Source: Antedon mediterranea (taxonomy: Eukaryota; Animalia; Echinodermata). From it: DNA of 64,000 nt. The notes under the pieces were generated by a model. It was given only the letters and a program-made list of their open reading frames with translations. It was not told where the DNA came from and ran no database searches. The stretch is taken from NCBI RefSeq assembly GCF_964355755.1, contig NC_092670.1:32662388-32726387 (forward strand), read 5' to 3'. Shown here piece by piece: positions 13,401 through 26,900 of the stretch. Position numbers and translations under genes: made by a program. Numbering within the stretch: the stretch's first letter is position 1; every line of letters starts with the position of its first letter.

Positions 13401-16330
13401 CACCTACTAGCATTCGAATGCTAGGCTAAGGCTTCCAGATTTAGCATTCGAATGCTAGTATAGCATTCAACTAGTAGCATTCGAATGCTACTTTTAGCAT
13501 TCGAATGCTAGTGCTACCATTCACATGCTTAGCTCATTTACATAATTCGGCTCCCTGGAAGGCTTAGCGAAGGCTTAGCGAAGGCTTAGTGAATGCTAAG
13601 AAGCATTCGAAGGAAGGCTTAGTGAAGGCTTAGCGAAGGCTTAGTGAATGCTAAGAAGCATTCGAATGCTAAATTCAGTCATTGAATGCTTATATACCAC
13701 TAGTATTCGAATGCTAAGTATAGCCCTTCGAATGCCAATAATAGCATTCCAGGAGTAGCATTAGAATGCTTTGTGAATGGTAAGCGAAGGCATTCAGCTT
13801 TGGCAAGGGTAATCAGATTGATGCAGCAAATTTCGGTTTACTAAGTAAGCTTAGTAAACGTTTGTTCAAAGTTAAAATTTCACATTCAAAGGGTTAACAT
13901 TTTTTGATAAAGAGAAGTTGGCAAAGAATAAGAAAGACAAATACGACAAAACCTTGTGTGTCTGGTTAGTTGCAATAAAAGCATGCATGTTAATATATCA
14001 TAAAAATGTTGAACACTTTGTGAAGGAATAAATGTTATTCATGAAATCAATTGTTTATGAGGAAAAGAAGTTGGCAAAGAATACGTTGTAAAATATGACA
14101 AAGCCTTATGCGTGGTTGGTTGCAATAAAAGTATGCATGTTATATCCTATTGTTAATTCCTGGAGAAATTGTTTTCTCTTTTTGTCTTGTCTGTTTTTAT
14201 ATGGATGCACTATCCCAAATAAAGGAAATTAAATGAATGAATAATGTAGGCAATGGGGATTCACCAGTTTAAATCTTATTTTTTATTCAGTATTCATTTA
14301 TTCATGGTCAACAGTAAAACATAGTACATGATTTGGAATTATTTTCGTTTGTTCAAAGTTAAAAATTCACATACTAAATGAGTTAAAAAGTTTATCATTT
14401 ATTGATAAAGAGAAGTAGGCAAAAAATAAGAAAGACAAATATGAGATATGATGATATAACATGAAACATGCATGTTATATCATAAGAATGTTAAACACTT
14501 TGTAAAGGAATAATGTTATTTCATGAAATTAATTGTTTATGGCGAAAAGAAGTTTGCAAAGAATACGTTGTAAAATATGACAAAACCTTATGTGTGATTG
14601 GTTGCAATAAAAGTATGCATGTTATATCTTAAGAATGTTGAACACTTTGTAAAGGAATAAATGTTATTTCATGAAATTAATTTTTTATGAAGAAAAGTTG
14701 GCAAATAATAAGTTATAAAATATGACCAACACCTTATGCGTGGTTGGTTGTAATAAAAATGTGCATGTTATATCATAAGAATGGTAAATACTTTGTGAAG
14801 GAATACCCGTAAATGTTATTTCATGAAATTAATTGTTGGCAAAGAATACGTTGTAAAATATGACAATAAAAGCATGCATTAAGTCTCATTTCATCGTATA
14901 CATTATCAAAATATGTACAGTACATGTTATAGAAGTCCAGTCTGGAAGAGAATATTTGTAAATTGGCAGAATGCTCAGCAGTCACGTACTAATATAGGCC
15001 TATCCGCGCACAGATAAGTTTCGTGAAGATAAGTTTCTGAGCATGCGCACAATGAATTTCTGATTGACTAGTTGCTTGTGGTGGTGCGCGCGTCATGAGA
15101 GCAGAAAGATGTATCTCTCTCCTGATGAGAATAATTGATTATAATCTATAAGTATTGGTACTTAAAATAACTATTTTTAATTCATCGTATATTATGAAGT
15201 TTGCAGTATTTATACAATAGAAAGGAGGCCAACACACACTGTGTTCCGGAAAATCCCGTCATATGTGTCGTCGATTTGTTCATAATTATTGAGTTTTTTC
15301 CGTAATTTATTCCACAAACCATAATTTTGCGTATAGTTTTGTATTTCCATGTAGTACCCTATTTATCTTCATTTCCGTATACGTCCGTAATATTACGCCG
15401 GTAGCAGAGCAAATGTTGCTTCTTTCTTCTGCATATTTGCTATCATTATTTTCTTTGTTTTATATTTATTATTTATTGTACAGTTTATAGTAGATAAATG
15501 AAAATGAATTTTGGAAATTGTGGCCTTAATTAACTGTTGTTTATTTAGCATTTATTTCAAAATAATACAATTTAACGTTTTCCTCAATATTTATAGCAGC
15601 AGATTCATATTTTTTTGTCTAACTTGTTTATATCATTATTTGATAATAATGATTAATTTACATTTATTAATAGTTATTAGAATGTATTACCGTACCAGAA
15701 GTACCTTCATCATTCGCATTGATTGAACGCAAACAATGCCATCATATTTTTAATCGCGTGTGTTTAGGGAGGCGTTCCATAGGTCCGGGCCCGGATCTTG
15801 ATAGTCATGAAGTAGTTACAGAGTTGCAGGGGATTTGTTATCATTGTTAAATGTTTTGTTGCTAGCTTTGTGAAAATTAGTAAAAGATGTAATGATTTTA
15901 ATTTATTTAACGACATTCAGAACCAAAATATTTCTTTGTAAAAAAATTACTGCATGGATAGCTAATAATCAGACTAAAACGTATCCTTCTTAAGTTACTA
16001 TCATTATTCATACCACGTAATCTATTTTCAACAATATAATAGTATAATAATATAATTGTAATTGAATGGTGAGCGATTAGTTGAATTTGGATAAACCATT
16101 GGTAGGCCTATAACATTTTTCAATTTAATAAAAATCCAAAATGAACTTGCTGTTATAATACAAATAAAATTATTAAAGCTCAGGTACAGGCATGAATTTT
16201 AAATATAATATCTGGTTAATTGTACATAAATCAAATACTTGTAACAGAAATCATGACAAAAAAACATGAATTTCCCTTAATATGGTCAAATACAAAATTT
16301 GGCATAATTCTTCCATAAAACCAGGAAGAC
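10500..16330. repeat. Local direct duplication: ~10500-12545 versus ~13810-16330
   Basis: Long near-identical blocks, including the twin spurious ORFs at 11684 and 15511. Also, 3625-3850 is repeated at 12830-13055, and a more diverged partial copy lies at ~17170-17600. Confidence 0.85.
13065..13809. mobile_element. Insertion with CCCTT...AAGGG ends (EnSpm/CMC-like MITE) filled with AGCATTCGAATGCT palindromes
   Basis: Empty-site sequence CATTGCAGTTAAAG|TAATCAG is seen near 10141; here it is split by ~745 bp with short TIRs and many TTCGAA-centred palindromes. Confidence 0.65.
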
Positions 16331-16738
16331 TTTTTTCAGTAGTTAGGTAGTTTAACCTAATGTAATAACATTTCTGGTGACTCCCTAGAAGGTGAAAAAA
16401 GATAGTGGATATACGGTGGATAATAAAAATCTGAAGTTGAATAAAAATACCAGAAATGTAAAATTCAAGTTATATTACCTATATTTAGTCATCTGATAAC
16501 ATTTTTTACCACACCGTTTATTTTTCATAGCTTTTTAAAATGCCTCTCTCTTTACAAAATTACAAAAGAATAGAGATTTTACTGTGTAATTTGAACTGAT
16601 AAGAAAGTGCTTATTTTTAACAAGCTCGTGTAACACAAATAAAATCCTAAAAATTATGAAACATAGGGGAAACTATAGATCGCTAATTATTGGAATTTAT
16701 GATTAATAGAAATGTTTTTCCCGCACCTGGCCTTTAAA
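16173..16738. mobile_element. Kolobok-like MITE (TTAA-flanked, AG...CT termini)
   Basis: TTAA-AGCTCAGGTAC ... GCACCTGGCCT-TTAA. Further copies at ~46979-47565 and ~12390-12545 (5' part); inverted partial copy at ~17935-18150. Confidence 0.6.
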
Positions 16739-18194
16739 AGAAACGCTACACATTAGAAATATATGTCGGTCAATAAACTTCTGACTACGACTAAATCAGC
16801 TACTAAAAATGTATTCGTGTGGTTTTATTTCATCTTTGGCTTGTTCACATTACTTCCCCCTCCTCTCACAATGAACAGCAGTACAGATCTTCCCTAACTG
16901 TGGTCATGTGTGTTGCCTACTACGTAATTCACAAATTGCTCAGTAGCAGTGTTACTGTTACTAGCGCCATCACAGATTACCTTTAATGGATCAAGCATCC
17001 ATTCACACATGAACTTTGCGTCAAATAAAAATGCATCGAAAAACGAAATATAGTCTATTCATTCCTTTTATTAGGCATATTGCCAGGGCTAATTTTAATA
17101 ATCGTTTGTCCTTAATTATTGCGTTTTGCCGGGGGTTTTCCGATCCATTTAAGGCCAAATCATAATTTTGTTAATATTGTTTTGTATTTCCGATGCTTGT
17201 CGTACCACCTTAATTATCTTCATTTCCGTACGTCCGTAAATATTAGGCCGAATTTCCGTAGTACTATGGACGTTCCGAAATTAGAACCGTGATATACCGG
17301 TAGCAGAGCAAAGTTGTTTGTTTCTTTCTGCCAATTTCTTATCATTAATGGAGTGTGGTTTAAACAACAATTTTGTACAGTCTATAGTGGAAATTGTGGT
17401 TTAACATCTGACTTTATTTAGCATTTAATTTAAAATCGTTTTGCTCAATAAATTTATAGCAGCAGCTTCATATTTTTGTATAACTTTTTTTTAAATTATT
17501 GATAATTAATTGGCATTAATTGATTACAGTTATTAGAATTTAATACCGTACAAGAAGTACCTTCATCAGGGACTTTCCCGCTACGTTCGCATTGAATTGA
17601 AAAAAATGTTATCTTACTGTTAGTCCCGTATGTTTTATTACCAGTGGAATAATATAGGCTACAATTAAATTCTCTGTTTGCTAGCGCACCAAGATTGACA
17701 TTCCGGCGAACTAGAAGTGCAATTTATCATGAATTTAATACATGCGAGAGTACCATTTGATTGAGGCCATCTAGGGTGTCATTTAACAGTTTACTTCGCC
17801 ACAGGCCCCTGGCTCAAATACTCACTGTATACAGCCCTGAACACTTTGGGCAACCCTCTTAAAATAGTCCTGCGACCCTCCCTGAAATCTCTATTCTTTT
17901 GAACACAATGTTGTAAATATTTTTTTTTAAAAATATGAAAAATAAACGGTGTGGTAAAAAATGTTATCGGATGACTAAATGTAATTTGAAGTTTACGTTC
18001 CTGGTATTTTTATTCAACTTCATAGTTTTATTTTCATGCTGTAGCAAACATTATCGACCGATATCCACTATCTTTTTCCACCATTCTAGGGAGTCAGACA
18101 TTTTATTACATTAGGTTAAACTACTAAACTACCTAAAAAATGTCTTCCTGATTTTTTTTTTTGCGGTATTTGTATACAGACAACCAAAACAGCT

Positions 18195-18585
18195 CAGCCA
18201 TGGTTTACACTAGGACGCAACGATAGCAAGCACAACACAAGCGAGTTTAGGAGCACAGTAAGGACGCAACGATAGCAAGCACAACACAAGCGAGTTTAGG
18301 AGCACAGTAAGGACGCAACGATAGCAAGCACAACACAAGCGAGTTTAGGAGCACAGTAAACACAAGGGTATCTCTGGTGATTGGTCAATTACGCAATTTT
18401 ACCAATGACAACCAACGGGTTATTCAATTCTGGCTTGTAATTGGTCAACTCGCTTGTAGCATTGCTACGTCCTTTATTTTGGACAAGAAATATGACCAAT
18501 AACGAAGCGATGGACCGTCTGAACTGCTTGTGATTGGTCAACTCACTCAACTATCCTTTGTAAGTCCTTAGTGTAACACCAGTTT
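18195..18585. mobile_element. Degenerate Harbinger-type MITE with a 48-bp unit repeated three times
   Basis: TGGTTTACACTAGGACGCAACG ... CCTTAGTGTAACACCAG ends; AGGACGCAACGATAGCAAGCACAACACAAGCGAGTTTAGGAGCACAGTA x3 at ~18212-18359. Confidence 0.6.
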
Positions 18586-18623
18586 CTAAAGTTTTTAGTA
18601 TTATAAAATATAAACTTTCTGCT

Positions 18624-18950
18624 TAACGATGTATTGTTCCTCAAAAACATGAAAAATGAAGATTAATTAAATCAGATTTTGAATAGGTTATTTTGTAGTT
18701 TAATAAAGTTAATCACTTCAGTAGAAAAAAAAACTAAAATAATAATGTTTTCACTTATAAAATCAAAAATCCATTGGCTGGCAGCCAATTTAGCCATTTT
18801 TTTTGCTTTAAATTACATTTTTTCAGGTAAATACATTTTTTTTTCCGATTTAATTTTTGGTCAAAGTGGATAACTATTATGTTACATTAAAATAGAATGT
18901 TAAAAAAAATTGTTTAAGAATTTTTTTCAGGGAGACAATAACATCTTTAA
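18624..18950. mobile_element. TTAA-flanked MITE (Kolobok-like family 2)
   Basis: TTAACGATGTATTGTTCC ... GGAGACAATAACATCTTTAA; related copies at ~62365-62800 and, inverted, at ~20180-20410. Confidence 0.55.
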
Positions 18951-19729
18951 CCATTAGCGAAAAATAGAAGTCATTGTCAGTGTTTGTGACGTGCAAAGGT
19001 TTGTATTTTATAATAAACATTTAAAAAAATGGATCTTACCCTTTAAAAGACACCGCCGATTTTGTAGATGTGACGCGAGACAAAATCCCCACCACGCTGC
19101 AGAGCTTCCGAATTTAGAGAAGTTTTTTTAAATGAAAGTGATCGGCGGATCAAACAGGTCATTTTGAACATGGATTAAAGAATTCTTTAATCCATGTTTT
19201 GAATTACATCACGTTATGCTCCAATAACTTTTGCCACCAACCACTAAAATTAGATAGAGGGCGCTAGTTAATAATATATAAAGAGTTGTGACTTTAAATG
19301 GAGTAGAAGCCATGTATGGAGTTGAGTCAATATAAAAAATAACAATTTGTTTAAAGGTTTTTGTTGAAATTATAAAATTACTGCGAACATGATTTTAAAT
19401 AACAAAAATAGCAATTTCGGAATGGCTCTGGCTGTGCGCTCCTAATGCATTGTTTTTAAATTTTGTTGTTAAAAATCATGTTCGCAGTAACTGATTTCGT
19501 TTTTATCTTAACAAAAACATTTAAACAAATTGATTGTTTTGATATTAAATTCGATATTTAAAGCCTTGTGAATGTTATACATTTTTACAGCAAATTACTC
19601 GACACCATACTCTACATAACCATAGCTGGACACAAAGATGTGACTTTTTAAAATCCGTGAACGCAATGCCGTAACTCTTTATATATATTTCTCTGATTAT
19701 AAATATCACCATTTATTTTATTTTATGTC

Positions 19730-20052
19730 TTTAGGCAATGTGGCCAAGGATTACCAATAGTGAATTAATCACTGTCCTATCAGATAGGTGGTAATCCCCC
19801 TGATACAGGGGCTATTGTGTGAACCAGTTCACCGGGGTAACCCCCTACTCTTTTTCGAATAATGAACTGGGTTCTTTAAAGTATACACAGGTTATAACTG
19901 TGTACACTGGACCTACGGTTTATAGTCCTTATCCGAGAAGACTTGTTCCACCACCAGAACTAGGAGCGAGTTGGCCTGGAACCCTTGCCGATGTTGTTGT
20001 TGGCTCTTTAGGTACGGTAAACGGCGCCCCTGCCTTAACCGCTCGGCCATCC
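19730..20052 (-). mobile_element. tRNA-derived SINE with Deu/Nin-type core
   Basis: Reverse strand has A-box TGGCCGAGCGGTTAAGGC and core GGATAAGGACTATAAACCGTAGGTCC...TTAAAGAACCC...AAGAGTAGGGGGTTACCCCGGTG, resembling the Deu domain of AmnSINE1/DeuSINEs. Confidence 0.8.
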
Positions 20053-20935
20053 ATCGGCTGTGAATAAACAGTAAGCAGCATTACATCATCAATATTTTGT
20101 TAACCATTTGTGGCACAAGTTATGTTTAAACAAGAAATATTTCTTACAAAAAACGCTGCTCGCTTATTGATGTAACAGTTTTAAAGATATATTGTCCTCT
20201 AAAAAAATATTTTTTATTTCAAATTTGTTTTTGAATGTGTCATTTTATTGTCACATAATAGTTATTTTACCTGAAAAAATGTAATTTAAAGCAAAAAAAT
20301 ACTTAAATTGTCTGTCAGACAATGGTTTTGAGTTATAATTAAACGTTTCTTTTCTCTTTTTATATGTGAATAAATTAAAATTTTTATATGAAACACAGAA
20401 TCAATTTCTGTCACTTTAGTTTATTTTATTGCTAAGGTCAAGTCTGGGTGTCACTTCATCACGTCTAGATACTTCAAGTGTGAAGTATCATATTACAAAA
20501 AAAAAACTTCAATGGACTGTTTTGATAATAATTCAATGATTATCTGACAGCGAATTACAGTATTATATAATATCATGGGACTCATAAATACCAGAAATGC
20601 TTTGGGATTTGTCATTCTACTGTTTTCCCAGACGTTTTTTGGGTCCAGCAGCTGGTACCCATAAATTAAATTCAAGAATCCTTTTTAGCAAAAACATCAG
20701 TGTCTAGTACAATAACTGCTGCTTGCTTTCAGTTGATAACGGGATGTAGCGGGCTAAAACAGCAGCGTGAAAAAAGCTCAAATACAAATTGAAGTGATTT
20801 ATTCCAGGAGTTTTTTTCCAAACGATGTACTATGGGTGGCGTTTATTTGAAGAGGCCGTTTATCCGAAGAGGCTGTTTATTGGAATAAATATGGTAACTA
20901 TTAATATTATACTAGTAATTGTAACAGTTCTCTAG

Positions 20936-23900
20936 TTAATAATGGTACTTTCTTTTCTCGTCGTTCCTTCTCTTGTCACTCTTTTTTCGCTTCTTTCTCT
21001 CTCTCTTTGGTGACGAGCATGAATCACTGTCTGATTTATACTCCCGTCGCAATGTCCTATAATGTTTATCATTCTTATTCTGCTTGTGACCAAGATCTCT
21101 ATCTTCATTACTTCTAGGTTTCTTACTCTCATCCTCGGTTTTGTAGTTTTTTCTTTTCTTTAATTTTCTCCTTTCTTCGGAATCTGTACTATCATGATAC
21201 TCGTGTTTATGTTTTCTTTTCTTTTTTGTTCTTTTTTCATCCTCTTCAGAAGAACTGTCGCTTGTTTCTACTCTAACTTTCTTCTTCTTCTTCTTTTTTT
21301 TCTTTGAACTGAAACAAAAAAGTGTTATTTCCAATAGGGTTGGTGAAATTCAGTCCAAAATACGCAGAATTTTTTCCAAAATACGTCAACTAGAGGGCGC
21401 TATACTAAATACAAAATACGTCAACTTGAGTTATCCAACTTAAAACAACTTTTGTAGCGCTATTAATTTTCTACAATAAGAAAGTTATCCGACATACCCT
21501 CCAACTTGAAGGCACAGTTTTCCAAAATACGCAAATTTTCCCAAAAAAATATTTGAACCTTCAAAACGCGAGGCTGTTTTAAAAACTACTATAAAGGATT
21601 GTATCTTCAACATTGAAAAGATGAACCATTTTGGTAAGTTTTAAGTTCAGTTTGTATCATATTAGATAATAGTTCTTGTAGTACGGTAGTCCATTGGCAA
21701 TATATCAATATTTGTTGTATGTTAGGATCTTCTGCTTGATATGCAGATGTGCTAACCATTAGACCACTGGCGCTTTCATGGTATAGTTCAAACCCGCTCT
21801 GATAGCGACTCTTTATATTCTCGGCGTGGTACTGCGGAAAAGCACGAGTCCCTTAATTGTATGCACGCGCACCAGAGATCAAATTGATACGCCCCATCTT
21901 ATATATATATATATTATTTATTGTGAAAAATTAAGGTGCAGTTGTGACTCTAAACTAGTCACATCTTTTTTCCCCCTCTCGAATTCATCATTTTATTTCA
22001 GGTATTTTTAAACAATTAAACACCCTAAAGTAAATGTAATCATATGTATATAATATAATATAAAAACATTTTTATTTTGCCGTTTTGGCGTAAAAAACGA
22101 TTACTTACTACTTATATAACCAAATATTAATATTATTTTAAACATTTTAACACTAATGGGTTTTAATTATTATTACTTACTTTTCATCAAGATTGAAGAT
22201 GATATTATAGTTCAGTTTGAGGATCATAATAATGTTACATTTAGATCTCTCTCGCTTAGCCGAACCATTTTGAACTTTAACTGTTTTAACTATGGCTATT
22301 TTGCCGTTTTCGTGAAAAAAAAAAATAATTACTTTACTTCTTCTAACTAATTATTGATATTATTTTAATTACAATACCATATTCTTGTTATTATTATATA
22401 TTATATGAAATAACTATTATGTTAGATTTCAGATAAGGTGACTTGTATTATACCATAAGTACATTAAATTGAAAGCGATGTTGGGCTGTCGAGCTCGGGA
22501 AAAATATCAATTTTGTAGATCACCAAATATATAACACATCACCTATGACTATACTATGCGTTTTTGTAGCCGGTTTATGCCTCATTTCTAGCTACGTCTG
22601 GCAATGCAATCGTACATCGTTCAGACATTATTATATTATAGGCACTGTCTATTGACTGATGTTGGCACATATTTGTTTTTATTCAGTAATAAATGATTAC
22701 ATTGAAAAATAATAATTGGCTACTATATGACATTTTATTTACAAAAAATTCTGCCTTCCAATAATTTCATTTATAACTAAAATGTACTTGTTTGTTTTAC
22801 ATTAAATTGTAATTTTACCTTACACTCTCAATATGACACATTTGGAAAGGCTCTCGTATTTTGGAAAAATACTAGTGGTCCCAAATTGACGTATTTTGGA
22901 CAAATCGCGTATTTTGGATAATTTATAGCGCCCTCAAGTTGACGTATTTTGGAAAATTACAAGCGGTTCCAAATTGACGTATTTTAGAAAATGAATAGCG
23001 CGCTCACGTTAACGTATTTTGGACAATTCGCATATTTTGGAAAATGAATAGCGCCCTCAAGTCGACGTATTTTGGAAAGACTCGCGTATTTTGGATTAGT
23101 ATAGCGCCCTCAACTTGACGTATTTTGGAAAAAATTCTGCGTATTTTGGATTAATGTTCACCAACCACACTCGTTATTTCTGACAATGATTTTATGGTTT
23201 GAATTATTTTGTTTATATTATGATGAAGATTATATTATATTTGATTATGCCATTTCTGTGACATAAAATGTTTTTACCTTTTGCTTTCAGATGTTCTTTT
23301 CTTCAACTTATTTTGAGACTCCATGTCAAATTTCTAATTGAAAAATAAAATATATATACATACTTTATAAATGACTATGCACTACAGTATTAGTATTAGA
23401 AGAAGTACTGTATAAATGATGCATTCATTTACAATATACAATTTGAATGTACACTTGTAAAACAGGAGCTGAACATTCAAATTTCTAGTGTTATTTTAGT
23501 ATGACAGGATGGGTAAACCAAGATTCTTTTAGCTATTTTGTCATACATTTATATAATTTATTACTTTTTAAAATAGTCATCCAATAGTAATTCTTTAAAA
23601 TTTAAGTTAAAAAAACATATTCTATTGTAATTAGTTCAATCATATACCCCTTTCACACCAACTATAATTCAGTATGTGCCCAAATATGGTAGTGATACGC
23701 CCAAATATGGTAGTGATATGCCCAAATATGGTATTGATATGACATCATTGAGACCATTATGGAGTGATCTCCGGAGACAACCCGGGGTTTATGACCATTC
23801 AAAACGTTAAGAAACTCCGGAGATACCCCTTTCACACCAAACTCCGGAGTGATCTCCGCCGGAGACAACCCAGGGTTTATGACCATTCAAAACGTTGAGA

Positions 23901-26900
23901 AACTCTGGAGATACCCCTTTCACACCAAACTCCAGAGTGATCTCCGCCGGAGACAACCCGGAGTTTATGACCATTCAAAACGTTGAGAAACTCCCGGAGA
24001 TACCCCTTTCACACCAAACTCCAGAGTGATCTCCGGAGACAACCCGGAGTTTATGACCATTCAAAACGTTGAGAAACTCCGGAGATACCCCTTTCACACC
24101 AAACTCCAGAGTGATCTCCGCCGGAGACAACCCGGAGTTTATGACCATTCAAAACGTTAAGAAACTCTGGAGATACCCCTTTCACACCAAACTCCAGAGT
24201 GATCTCCGGAGACAACCCAGGGTTTATGACCATTCAAAACGTTGAGAAACTCTGGAGATACCCCTTTCACACCAACCTAGAAACACCGGGGTTTATAAAA
24301 TAAAATTGTAAATGTCGCCCTCTATTTTGTTTGTTTACATAGCGACAATCATTAGAATCATTTTAATTAACAATATTTTTAATTTAATAATACTTTCAAA
24401 AGTCTCAAAAGTAATATGTTTTATTGATACTACTTATTATTTTCTAGACCCGCTATATAGTATTTTGAAATAAAACTAAAGCAATGAGTGATTGTGTGAG
24501 GATGACCTTTTGACCTAAAACTCCGGAGTTTTGATGTTGGTACCTTTCACACCAAAACACTGGGGTGTCCCCGCAGTTCGCTCTCCAAAGAATGTTCAGC
24601 TGTTCAACCCCGCAGTTTTAAACTCCGGAGTTGCTTGATTTTACCTTTCACACCAAAACTCCGGAGTTTTGCTTTTTGTGTGAAAGGGGTAGAGAAAATG
24701 TAATGTTTTTATTTACTTGTTTTTTAATTGTAAGGAGTTTAATTTAGTTAAGTTAATATTTAAAGAGGGCCCCTGGATGTCAACTAGAAGGGTTACCCTT
24801 TCTAAATAAAGTGTAAAAAAAAAAAAAAATCATAATCATCATGATTAAATTTATTGTATAGTCTATGCCAAAGTCAATAACTTGGACATGATGGTAATAT
24901 ACTTACAGGATTATCAATTGCTTCAGTATTTGTTTGCTTTGGTGGAGCTTGGCCACTGTGAAAAAAGAAATACACTTATTATTGAAATATAGATGTTTGC
25001 AAATACTGTACTGTTTTTAATGACCAAGCACACACACCACTTATGCTGTGGCCCAAATGACCACGAAGTAGGCCCTACATGTCAGTGGGGTAAAAAATTT
25101 GGTCCCGCAATGTGAAGCAATCCTTGAATGAGCATAATTATGGTAAGTGCAGAAGATAGTCGACCTATTTCCGAAATATTATTATTACTGAAACTAACCT
25201 CTAAATATTTCTATTAAGAAACCAGGCATTAACCTAAACTTCATATCCATTCAGCTAGAACTGGCTTGCAGAAACCTACAGACATAACTTATTTCATTTA
25301 CGTCCATTCTTACAGGCACACTATTCAAGATTCCAGTCATATTATATTTGGACATATTATTATTAAAATATTTTTAGATATTTATTTATTTAAAAGCCCT
25401 GTTTAAAGTTATTGCCAAGAAATACAGGTACATATTCATTGACAGACAGATCAAGCAGAAATTTATATTGTGAAATCTGTCATCATGTGAACTGTACAAT
25501 ATACAAATTGTGGAGTTGTAGCTTTGTGGTTAACATGCTTGCATCCAATCCAAAGGTCTAGGGTTCAATCCTGACATAGTGCGGGGTTGTAACTCACAAT
25601 CTCTTTCAACTCCACTCACTTTAAGCCTTACAAATTATAAGCAAACAAATTATAAAAAAGGTTTATCCATCCTATAATTGGTGAGTTGCTCACTGTTGGA
25701 TGCGTATGAAAAAATATATAAACACAACAGGCATACAACATGAATTCTAAACCACTTTGTGATATATTGAAATTTAATTAATTAATTTGAAACGATAATG
25801 ATGAGGAAATCTGTGAGAATGACTCCTGAGAAAATGAACCTGAAACCTTCTGCTTGATGATCGAATATATAATAATTTCTGCAATAAAACACATATACTT
25901 ACAGAGCAATCATCATAGCTTCCTTCTCGGCATTTTTGACAGAATTAAATTCTTTCTTTAATTTGGACTCTTTTTCATTTTTATCTTTCGCATACCATGT
26001 AAGGTCCTTTCCTTCTTGCCATCGGCCCACTGGTGCTTTCACAGAATGTCCTACAAAACAATGTTCATTGTCTATCATCATTATTATTAAATAACATATT
26101 CCTAATAAACTGTAATTAGCAATACAAAAGTTGAAAATACATGAAATTAGCTAATCAAATTTGAGTGGCGTGTATTTTCATCACTAAAATAATCAACTAC
26201 AGCGCATCTTAATTTAATCAACCTAACCCCTATTATTAATTGTACTCAAGTAATGGGTCAGTTGAAAACTAAACCAACTGTGGTTTATTTATTGAATTCT
26301 ATTTTTAAAAACATTATTATTCTCCCAAATTAATTAAATGCAATTCTATCTTAATTATTACACTTTCTGATTCTATTATGATTCAAATTTTCGATTGATC
26401 ACTAGGCCTAGGTAGGCCTATATTAAATAAATATATACTGTATTAATATATATTTTTTTTTAACCCTACTACTACTACTAGGCCTACTTACTCTAGCCTG
26501 ATGATACTTATTAAAATGTTTAGGCCTACTTCTACTAGTATAGGGAACTATAGCCTATTATAAGTATTATTATTAGTAATACAGGTACTAGCCTAAGGGG
26601 ATATGACCGGTTGGGCCGCCGACAAGTTGAGCCGCCGGTGATTTCTATGAAACGCCCAGTGCATGCGTCTTTTACGACATTTTGCGTAGTGATTAGGGTG
26701 GTGTCCTAGTCTAGCAGGACCTAGTACATAAGTTCATGGTCTTGGTTTATTGTGTCATGAAAATAAATAATATATAATTACATATTACAATTAACAACAC
26801 AGCAAAGGAAAGTAGTAATATTTAATAATTTAATTGTTTTTAATCTTTCGAGGAAAAAATTCAGTGCACTCATAATTTTTCTTGTGTGTAGGCCTACCAC

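Noticed and set aside
20936-21334. K/R/E-rich ORF as a stand-alone gene (FAM133-like)
   Set aside because: It splices in frame as the last exon of MMTAG2.
23760-24290. Regular repeats that might be mistaken for a CRISPR array (also 7225-8050)
   Set aside because: No unique spacers, no cas genes, eukaryotic context; these are minisatellites.
25513-25590. tRNA-like sequences (also ~21725-21775 and 51008-51085)
   Set aside because: A/B boxes are present but there is no complete cloverleaf; these are SINE heads.
25792-25819. ~27-bp motif CGATAA..ATGAGGAAATCTG.GAGAA shared with 39656-39683, both about 80-110 nt into host introns; possible snoRNA guide
   Set aside because: Adjacent sequence (ATCAAGCAGAAGG..GGTTCA) resembles the tRNA-like SINE head near 21725-21773, so a decayed SINE is the simpler explanation; the C-box-like motif is antisense to the hosts.
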